Shown here piece by piece: positions 16,108-23,839 of a DNA stretch of 24,903 bases. The stretch is from a virus. Taxonomy: Duplodnaviria > Caudoviricetes. Made by a program: the position numbers and the translations under genes. The stretch lies in the IMG/VR virus record IMGVR_UViG_3300030095_002892, positions 1-24,903 of that record. One strand, written 5' to 3'. The notes below the pieces were generated by a model. That model saw only the letters and a program-made list of their open reading frames with translations, was not told where the DNA came from and did not search any database. How positions within the stretch are numbered: the stretch's first letter is position 1; every line of letters begins with the position of its first letter.

Positions 16108-17676
16108 ATGTCAAGCACATATACAACAAACTTAGGTATTGAAAAAATTGGTACCGGGGAGCAGTCGGGAACGTGGGGCGGCACTACTAATACGAACTGG
16201 GACATGATGGATGAAGCAGTTAACGGGATTATTTCTGTTACCTTGTCTTCCGCCGGAAGTTCTGGGTCGCCTACAGCCTTACCTATTACAGACGGGGCCA
16301 GTTCCAACGGGCGAAACAAATTTATTGAATTTGCTGATGGCGGTGATTTAGGTGGAACGGCGTATGTTCAGTTAACCCCAAATGACGCCGAAAAAATTGT
16401 ATTTTTCAGAAATAGCCTTGCGGGCAGTCGATCTGTCATTGTGTTCCAAGGCAACTACAGCGCCTCAAATGATTTTGAAATCCCTAATGGAAAAGATGTT
16501 GTTCTTAAATTTAACGGGGGCGGAACAGGCGCTACAGTCACACAGGTTTTTGTTGATTTAAACTTAGGTGGTTTAACAGTTGGGTCTGGCGCAGCGGCGG
16601 ACACTAAAATAGTTTATGACGGCAACGCGAAAGACTTTTATGTGGGTCTTGATGATTCCGCAGATAAATTAGTAGTTGGAGAAGGGTCTACCGTTGGAAC
16701 TAATGCGATACTCACCCTAGATGATGATTCGGTAACAGTGGGTGATGGAGCGGCAGTCGATACTAAAGTAGTTTTCGACGGGAACGCGCAGGATTACTAT
16801 ATAGGTCTTGATGATTCAGCCGATGATCTAGTCATTGGTCTTGGATCGACAGTTGGTACAACCCCGGCTATAGAGATTGATGAAAACCAAGACATCAAGT
16901 TTGCCCAAAGCATTGGAGTAGGACAGGCGGCATCTAGCACCACAGGCGATATAGTTGCTCAGACAATGGCACTGAAGGGTACAACCCCTACCCTGACTAT
17001 TGGCGACGCTGGAGCGGAAGATACCAAGATAGTTTTTGATGGGAACGCCAAGGATTTTTATATCGGGCTTGATGATTCCGCAGATAAACTGGTTATTGGA
17101 GAAGGCTCCACGGTAGGTACAAACAGCATTCTTACAATTACCGACGATACCGTTACCCTTGGGGACGCTGCGGCAACGGACAGCAAATTAGTTTTCGATG
17201 GGAACGCGCAAGATTTTTATATTGCGCTGGATGATTCCGCAGATGACTTGTTGATTGGTGTAGGTTCCACAGTTGGAACCACCCCTGCCATAAGCATTGA
17301 TGAAAACCAAGATGTTGTTGCTAATCAAGAGTTTAGAGCGGTTTCCTACAATGAAACTTATGTAGCTCCTACCAGTTCAAGTAACGCTACTACTATAGCT
17401 TGTGAGTCAGGTAATTATTTCAAGCATACCTTGACCGAAAACACAACTTTTACATTTTCTAATCCTCCTTCAAGCGGAACAGGGTTTTCATTCATACTTC
17501 ATCTAATTCAGGACTCTAGTGCAAGGACAGTAACATGGCCGGGAGCCGTGGACTGGGCTGGAGGAACTGCTCCGACAATTTCAACAGGAAGCGGAGATGA
17601 TGATTTCTTCGTTTTTGCCACATCAGATGGTGGAACGATCTGGTATGGATTCACCGCTGGACAGGCGATGGCATAA
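16108..17676 (+). CDS. Tail fibre protein with four internal repeats
   Basis: N-terminal attachment motif TGEQSGTWG.TTNTNW; four DTKIVFDGNA.DFY.GLDDSAD repeats; C-terminal GNYFKHTLT...TVTWP..VDWAGGTAPT...DGG.WYG module typical of fibre tips. Confidence 0.85.
   Translation: MSSTYTTNLGIEKIGTGEQSGTWGGTTNTNWDMMDEAVNGIISVTLSSAGSSGSPTALPITDGASSNGRNKFIEFADGGDLGGTAYVQLTPNDAEKIVFFRNSLAGSRSVIVFQGNYSASNDFEIPNGKDVVLKFNGGGTGATVTQVFVDLNLGGLTVGSGAAADTKIVYDGNAKDFYVGLDDSADKLVVGEGSTVGTNAILTLDDDSVTVGDGAAVDTKVVFDGNAQDYYIGLDDSADDLVIGLGSTVGTTPAIEIDENQDIKFAQSIGVGQAASSTTGDIVAQTMALKGTTPTLTIGDAGAEDTKIVFDGNAKDFYIGLDDSADKLVIGEGSTVGTNSILTITDDTVTLGDAAATDSKLVFDGNAQDFYIALDDSADDLLIGVGSTVGTTPAISIDENQDVVANQEFRAVSYNETYVAPTSSSNATTIACESGNYFKHTLTENTTFTFSNPPSSGTGFSFILHLIQDSSARTVTWPGAVDWAGGTAPTISTGSGDDDFFVFATSDGGTIWYGFTAGQAMA
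16600..17313 (+). repeat. Four diverged coding repeats arranged (A-B)-spacer-(A'-B')
   Basis: Units start at 16600, 16759, 17020 and 17179: 159-nt period within each pair, 420-nt offset between pairs. Confidence 0.9.
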
Positions 17677-20126
17677 TGAGTAGAGCCGCACAAAAACTTA
17701 TTGCTGCATCAGGAAGTAAAGATGCCTATGAGATAGAGCAGTCTTTGATGTTTGATCGAGGAGATACTCCTGATCTTGAGCGCACTCCTTCATCTGCTGG
17801 AAATCGTAGAACATGGACATTCAGTGCGTGGATAAAACGTATTAAGATGCAAACCGCTCACGCTTTTTTCACAGCATATGATGGCGCAACAGGATCTGAT
17901 GCAAATTGGAACTGGAATGCTATTAACAATGATGATCGGCTTCAGGTTGGTGGATGGGATCAAAACTATAGAGTAACAAATAGACTATTTAGAGATTTCG
18001 GTGCTTGGTACCATATAGTTATTGCTTTTGATACAACACAAGGAACGGCTGGAGATAGGGTTAAAGTATATGTAAATGGTGTAGAGGAAACATCTTTTTC
18101 AACAAGTAATAACCCAGATCTGAATGAAGAATTGGCAATTAACAGCACTATTGAACATCAGGTTGGAGCGGCAAACTATACTACTCGTAATTGTTTTGAT
18201 GGTTATATAGCAGAAGCTTATTTAATTGACGGCTCACAACTGACAGCTTCATCGTTTGGAGAAACAGACGGAGCGACATCGCAATGGATTCCCAAAAAGT
18301 ATACAGGCAGTTACGGCACTAATGGTTTTTATTTGAAATTTGTATCTGGAGCAATCGGAACAGATAGCTCTGGTAACGGTAATAACTATACGGCATCTAA
18401 TTTAGCAGATTCAGATGTCCTGCTTGACACTCCTACAAATAACTTTTGCACTTTAGATAACGGAGATACAGGATCGTATGCAACATTAAGCCAAGGAGCT
18501 TTAATGTCTTTTGGCAACACCTCTGCTGATGCAGGTTGGACACATAGCACAATGGCAATGTTGGACGGTTCTGGTAAATGGTATTCCGAACATAGACTTG
18601 TTACGAAAGATAGTGCTTGGCCTTCTGTTGCAGTGTCACGAGTAAATGACGGGTATTACAACAGCACTTTATTAACGAGTCGGTTTTATCCTGATTATTG
18701 CCGTATACGAATGGATGGAACTGTTAGTGAATGGCAATCAGCCTTCACGGAACAATCAGGAATGGATTTAGGGTCTGCATTGTCAAATGGAGACATTATT
18801 AACGTAGCGGTAGATACCGACAACAAAAAAATATGGTTCGGCGTGAATGGCACATGGAATGGTTCTGGCGATCCAGCAGCAGGATCAAATCCTACATTTA
18901 CTTATACGGCAGCTTCGGATCTGGTGTTTAGTCACCAACATTTAAAAGACGCTGCTACTTCAAAACTCAATTCTAATTTTGGTCAAAACGGAACTTTTAA
19001 TGGGGCGATAACGGCTGGTGGAAATTCTGATGGGAATGAAGTGGGAAATTTCAAGTATTCGGTTCCGTCTGGATTTTTGGCGTTAACCGCCTCTAACATT
19101 TCTACACCGGCAATTAAAAAACCTACAGATCATTTTAACACGGTGCTTTATACAGGTAATGGCTCAACACAAAACATTACTGGAGTAGGATTTCAGCCGG
19201 ATCTAGTATGGATTAAAAACAGGAGCGCATCAGACAATCACAAATTAACAGATGCAGTTCGTGGCGTAACAAAAGAGATAGAAAGCAACACTAATGATAT
19301 AGAAGCAACGAATGCAGACGGATTAACAGCTTTTGGTTCAGACGGCTTTTCTCTTGGCGATGATGACGAATATAACACAAACACTGAAACTTATGTTTCA
19401 TGGAACTGGAAGGCAAATGGCTCTGGAAGTTCAAATGAAGATGGCTCTATAAATACCACGGCAACAAGCGCAAATACTACATCAGGATTCAGTGTATCGA
19501 CCTACACTGGTACAGGAAGCAACGCAACAGTTGGGCATGGCTTGGGTGTGGCACCGTCAGCAATAATCATAAAAAACCGAGGGGTGGCCGATGATTGGGC
19601 CGTCTATACAAGTGTTACTGATGAAACAGATTATCTGGTGTTAAATAGCACTGCTGCTTCTACCGATGATAATACTTATTGGAATGACACAGCCCCAACA
19701 AGTTCTGTGTTTTCAATTGGAACATCACATAGTGTCAACGCAAGCTCTGAAACGTATGTAGCGTATTGTTTTGTTCAAATTGCCGGGTTTAGTAAATTCG
19801 GAAAGTATCTTGGAAACGGAAATGCGAACGGAAGCGTAATTAGGCTGGGCTTTAGACCTGCGTTTATTATGTTGAAAAAATCTAGTTCGTCAGGAAGTTC
19901 TTGGTTTATGTGGGATAATAAGCGAGATCCTGAAAACGTGGCAGGAGTTAATACGATGTGGGCAGATTTGACTACAGACGATGATTACAGTTCTACTTAT
20001 CTTGTAGATTTTCTTGCAAATGGTTTTAAGTTGCGAGGCACGAACACAGGAACAAACTCAAGTGGACAAACAATAACGTATTTAGCGTTTGCCAAATCTC
20101 CTTTCTCTTACTCAAACGCGAGGTAA
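17676..20126 (+). CDS. Putative receptor-binding protein: LamG/ConA-like domain + SPRY-like domain + C-terminal beta-repeat region
   Basis: WTFSAWIKR, WYHIVIAFD, KVYVNG, FDGYIAE (LamG-like); GKWYSE, GDIINVAVD...KIWFGVNGTW, NFGQ (SPRY-like); repeated YTGNG / GFQPDLVWIKNR / GFRPAFIMLK units. Confidence 0.85.
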   Translation: MSRAAQKLIAASGSKDAYEIEQSLMFDRGDTPDLERTPSSAGNRRTWTFSAWIKRIKMQTAHAFFTAYDGATGSDANWNWNAINNDDRLQVGGWDQNYRVTNRLFRDFGAWYHIVIAFDTTQGTAGDRVKVYVNGVEETSFSTSNNPDLNEELAINSTIEHQVGAANYTTRNCFDGYIAEAYLIDGSQLTASSFGETDGATSQWIPKKYTGSYGTNGFYLKFVSGAIGTDSSGNGNNYTASNLADSDVLLDTPTNNFCTLDNGDTGSYATLSQGALMSFGNTSADAGWTHSTMAMLDGSGKWYSEHRLVTKDSAWPSVAVSRVNDGYYNSTLLTSRFYPDYCRIRMDGTVSEWQSAFTEQSGMDLGSALSNGDIINVAVDTDNKKIWFGVNGTWNGSGDPAAGSNPTFTYTAASDLVFSHQHLKDAATSKLNSNFGQNGTFNGAITAGGNSDGNEVGNFKYSVPSGFLALTASNISTPAIKKPTDHFNTVLYTGNGSTQNITGVGFQPDLVWIKNRSASDNHKLTDAVRGVTKEIESNTNDIEATNADGLTAFGSDGFSLGDDDEYNTNTETYVSWNWKANGSGSSNEDGSINTTATSANTTSGFSVSTYTGTGSNATVGHGLGVAPSAIIIKNRGVADDWAVYTSVTDETDYLVLNSTAASTDDNTYWNDTAPTSSVFSIGTSHSVNASSETYVAYCFVQIAGFSKFGKYLGNGNANGSVIRLGFRPAFIMLKKSSSSGSSWFMWDNKRDPENVAGVNTMWADLTTDDDYSSTYLVDFLANGFKLRGTNTGTNSSGQTITYLAFAKSPFSYSNAR

Positions 20127-20129
20127 ATA

Positions 20130-20639
20130 ATGTACGCAATCGTTAAAGACGGAGCAATTACTGCGACAGGGACAATAAAACAACTATTTCCGAATACTTC
20201 TTTTGCAGGTGGTGTAGCTAATGCAGAGTTCAAAACTGCTGAAGGCGTTACAGATATAGTAAATGGTGAGCGTAAAGATCAAAGATATTATTACGTTACA
20301 CAGGGTAATGTTACCCTAGTTGATGGGGTTCCTACGCAACAATATACCAACACAGCTAAACGATTAGCTGATGAAACTGTTGATGGAGTTTTAAATCAAG
20401 GCTTAAAAACAGCAATGACTGCTCAAGTCAAGGAAACTGCAAATAGTTTATTGTCTCAGACTGACTGGATGGTCATCAGAAAAGCAGAGCGTGACGTAGC
20501 AATACCGTCAGCAACAGCTACTTATCGTGCAGCAGTCATTACAGAATGTGCAAGACTTGAAACAGCAATTGGAAATGCGTCTGACGTAGACGCTCTAGCA
20601 GCCGTAATGGCGGGACAAGATTGGCCGAAAGAGGGATAA
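20130..20639 (+). CDS. Putative tail fibre assembly chaperone
   Basis: GAGGT RBS; C-terminal LLSQTDWMVIR...YRAAV...WP pattern; directly follows the fibre/RBP genes. Confidence 0.65.
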   Translation: MYAIVKDGAITATGTIKQLFPNTSFAGGVANAEFKTAEGVTDIVNGERKDQRYYYVTQGNVTLVDGVPTQQYTNTAKRLADETVDGVLNQGLKTAMTAQVKETANSLLSQTDWMVIRKAERDVAIPSATATYRAAVITECARLETAIGNASDVDALAAVMAGQDWPKEG

Positions 20640-20642
20640 ATC

Positions 20643-21425
20643 ATGCGGATTATCGGACTTTTACTGGCGGTACTTATAACAGGTTGTCAGACAGCAGGTA
20701 TGGAGTATTACCAAGCTGTTGAAAGAATAGCGATAGCTCAGTCACAGGCTCAACAAGCAAAGTCTGAGGCGTTATCCAAGATAGCAGCTAGTGGCGATTC
20801 ATCAGCCGCAGGATCGGCTGTAATGGCCTTAGCATTGATGCAAAGCCCTAATACACAGGTTATTCCGCAACAATCGGCTGCTCTTGAATGGAGTAAAGCC
20901 GTTCTGCCAGTAGTAGGCAGTCTTGGAGCTATGTGGATAAGTTCGGATGCCCAGAAGACTACAGCTAGACATGCCATGACCTCTAACTTGGCTAGAATCG
21001 AGCAAGAAGGAAACAAGACCACGGCTCTCTATGACATGCTAGGAAGCAACAACGAGAACATGTTAAACCTTGGGTTAGGCTCTTATGAGGCAATTAATAT
21101 AGCGGGCCAACAAGCGGTGGATCTTGGGCTGGGTTTGGGCTTGGCAAGTATCAATGGCGGCTCTGGTGGTGGAGATAATACCGCTGTGTTGGATGCGATA
21201 AACAATATGAGTTATCCAAGCTACACTAGCAATTTTCAAAGCATTTTGGATGCTATTGGAGGAATAACGGTCCCTAATTATTCAACAGAGTTAGACGATA
21301 TCCTTAGTAGGCTTACTGCTGGCGTAACCACATGGGTTCCCGGTGTTAACTGCATCTCCCCGACTAGCGGTGGAGTAATTTCAGTGGGTAGCAGTTCTTC
21401 AACGTTGCCTGTGTGTCCAAACTAA
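20643..21425 (+). CDS. Predicted lipoprotein of unknown function
   Basis: GAGGG RBS; MR + hydrophobic IIGLLLAVL + lipobox-like ITG-C15 (TGT at 20685). Confidence 0.75.
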   Translation: MRIIGLLLAVLITGCQTAGMEYYQAVERIAIAQSQAQQAKSEALSKIAASGDSSAAGSAVMALALMQSPNTQVIPQQSAALEWSKAVLPVVGSLGAMWISSDAQKTTARHAMTSNLARIEQEGNKTTALYDMLGSNNENMLNLGLGSYEAINIAGQQAVDLGLGLGLASINGGSGGGDNTAVLDAINNMSYPSYTSNFQSILDAIGGITVPNYSTELDDILSRLTAGVTTWVPGVNCISPTSGGVISVGSSSSTLPVCPN

Positions 21426-21434
21426 CATTAAAAA

Positions 21435-23312
21435 ATGCCTTTAACAAAGCTACAATTTCGTCCCGGCATTAACACCGAAACCACGTCCTACGCTAATGAG
21501 GGCGGCTGGTTTGATGGGGACAAGATTCGTTTCCGTTTCGGCGTCCCTGAAAAAATAGGGGGGTGGCTAAAGCTTTCTGGTTCTACGTTTTTAGGTACAG
21601 CACGGGCTATTAAGCCTTTTGTAGCGTTAGATTCTACGCACTACAACGGGCTTGGCACAAACCTTAAATATTATATTGAAGAAGGCGGGGGATATAACGA
21701 TGTTACCCCGATCAGATCCACAACATCCGCAGGCGATGTTACTTTTTCCGCCACTAATGGCAGTTCTACCATTGCGGTTACCGATTCCGGGCACGGTGCC
21801 GTTGTCAATGATTTTGTTACGTTTTCGGGAGCCGCCACCTTGGGCGGTACTATTACGGCTACGGTGTTAAATCAGGAATACCAGATTACAGCAATTACTT
21901 CTAGCAGTGCCTATACAATAACCGCTAAAGACACTAGTGGTAGTACGGTAACCGCAAACGCAAGCGATAGTGGTAATGGTGGAAGCTCGGTAGTAGGGGC
22001 ATACCAGATTAACGTAGGGCTAGACACTACTGTATCGGGTTCGGGCTGGGGTGCCGGAACATGGGGCAGAGGCACATGGGACTCTGCTTCTTCCTTGTTA
22101 GCCGCCGGTGCTACCTTACGTCTTTGGGGTAACGATAATTTTGGCGAAGATTTACTGTTTAATGTTCGCGATGGCGGGATTTATTACTGGGACAAGAGCG
22201 GCGGTTTAATTCGTGCGGTTGCCTTGGATTCACTAGGTACGGACGCCACAATTCCCACAATAGCTAAACAAGTGATGGTAAGTGACCGGGATCGTCATGT
22301 TATTGCTTTCGGGTGTGATGGCGAAGCGTCTATCGGTACGCAAGATCCCATGTTAATACGCTTTAGCGATCAAGGCAGTCTGTCAACATGGCAGTCTGCC
22401 GCAGAAAATACCGCAGGGGAATTAAGCCTTGGTTCCGGTTCTGAAATAGTAACCGCGATTGAAACACGTCAGCAAATACTGGTATTAACCGACGTATCGG
22501 CTTATTCCATGCAATTTTTAGGACCGCCTTTTACGTTTGGTATTAATTTAATTTCCGAAAATATTACTGTAATGGCTCCAAATGCAGCTAAAGCCGTAGA
22601 TGATATGGTTTTCTGGATGGGTCAGGACGATTTTTATATGTACAACGGACAAGTGCAAAAAATGCCTTGTTCCATAAAATCCTACATTTTTAATGATTTT
22701 AATGCGTCACAAAGCGAAAAAGTAACGGCGGGGTTAAATTCTTCTTTTAATGAAATATGGTGGTTTTACCCTTCATCAGACAGTGCTGAAAATGATCGGT
22801 ACGCTATCTATAATTATGTAGAGCAAGTATGGTATTACGGTACGCTGGCCCGCACGGTATGGATTGATAGGGGAATTAACACACAGCCTCTTGCAGCCGG
22901 AACAGATAATTATCTGTATAACCACGAATTAGGGTTGGATGACGGGTCCACCGCTCCGAATACCGCTATAACCTCGTATATTACATCTAGCCAGTTAGAT
23001 TTAGGCGACGGAGAATCTTTGGCATTTATTCGTCGTATTATTCCTGATGTTACGTTTGACGGTTCTACGTCAGACGCGCCAGCGGCAAATTTTATTATTA
23101 AAACCCGCAATTTTCCCGGTGGAACATACAATGCCACTAGTACCAATGCAGTCACTCGTTCAGCTACTGTGCCTGTAGAACAATACACTACGCAAGCGCA
23201 TGTTCGGTTAAGAGGACGTAGCTTTACTTTTGAATTGCAAAGCACTATTGCCCAAACGCAGTGGCGGCTAGGCGCACCCCGTGTTGATGTACGCCCTGAT
23301 GGACGACGTTAA
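21435..23312 (+). CDS. Putative tail nozzle / DNA stabilisation protein (P22 gp10 / T7 gp12-like beta-propeller)
   Basis: 625 aa; PEKIGGW, LIRFSDQ, NTAG...GSEI, EIWWFYP, YNYVEQVWYYG, RLRGR, terminal WRLG..RVDVRPDGRR; position after adaptors and before the ejection gene. Confidence 0.75.
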   Translation: MPLTKLQFRPGINTETTSYANEGGWFDGDKIRFRFGVPEKIGGWLKLSGSTFLGTARAIKPFVALDSTHYNGLGTNLKYYIEEGGGYNDVTPIRSTTSAGDVTFSATNGSSTIAVTDSGHGAVVNDFVTFSGAATLGGTITATVLNQEYQITAITSSSAYTITAKDTSGSTVTANASDSGNGGSSVVGAYQINVGLDTTVSGSGWGAGTWGRGTWDSASSLLAAGATLRLWGNDNFGEDLLFNVRDGGIYYWDKSGGLIRAVALDSLGTDATIPTIAKQVMVSDRDRHVIAFGCDGEASIGTQDPMLIRFSDQGSLSTWQSAAENTAGELSLGSGSEIVTAIETRQQILVLTDVSAYSMQFLGPPFTFGINLISENITVMAPNAAKAVDDMVFWMGQDDFYMYNGQVQKMPCSIKSYIFNDFNASQSEKVTAGLNSSFNEIWWFYPSSDSAENDRYAIYNYVEQVWYYGTLARTVWIDRGINTQPLAAGTDNYLYNHELGLDDGSTAPNTAITSYITSSQLDLGDGESLAFIRRIIPDVTFDGSTSDAPAANFIIKTRNFPGGTYNATSTNAVTRSATVPVEQYTTQAHVRLRGRSFTFELQSTIAQTQWRLGAPRVDVRPDGRR

Positions 23313-23611
23313 TGAGTTCCAGAAAGGTCAGTTTACCCCAGTTTCCGGTTGCACCGGCGACTTACGACCCTATGTATATGGCAGAGGTGGTGCGGTCTTT
23401 TTCCATTTTTCTGCAACAAATTCAAAATCCGGGCGATATGCGAGGAACCACATTAACTTTAACCAACCTTCAATCCCACAACCAAGGATTGGAGACAGGG
23501 GCATTGTTTGAACATGGCGGTTACGTTATTATTACTCAGGCAAACCTACCCTATCCCGACGGTGCATCCGGCACAGGGGAAGTGGGTAGTGTTTCGGTGA
23601 CAATCGGATGA
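23312..23611 (+). CDS. Small tail-associated protein
   Basis: TAATG coupling; P..P..YD...helix...NPG N-terminus; C-terminal GTGEVGSVSVT. Confidence 0.75.
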   Translation: MSSRKVSLPQFPVAPATYDPMYMAEVVRSFSIFLQQIQNPGDMRGTTLTLTNLQSHNQGLETGALFEHGGYVIITQANLPYPDGASGTGEVGSVSVTIG

Positions 23612-23838
23612 CGGACGGTACTGTTATTATTATGGAGGACGGTAGCCGATGGCGACCGTCTGGTAGTTCTGATAGAATCAAATGCGATTCGTGCGATAAT
23701 GAGGTAGATACGCCTGCGGAAGTCGCTTCCTACCCTTCAGGTTTGTGTCCCCAATGCAATAACCCGTGGACGGGTGCTGAAACACGTCATACAAACATAT
23801 ACGTGACAGCCCCTGAATCTATGGCAGGAGAAGCATAA
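23608..23838 (+). CDS. Small Zn-ribbon protein
   Basis: ATGA coupling; CDSC...CPQC. Confidence 0.75.
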   Translation: MTDGTVIIMEDGSRWRPSGSSDRIKCDSCDNEVDTPAEVASYPSGLCPQCNNPWTGAETRHTNIYVTAPESMAGEA

Positions 23839-23839
23839 C

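Noticed and set aside
16600-17313. Repeats considered as a CRISPR array or DGR template/variable repeat pair
   Set aside because: They are in-frame coding repeats with mostly synonymous differences, no unique spacers, no adenine-specific pattern, and no reverse transcriptase or cas gene in the window.
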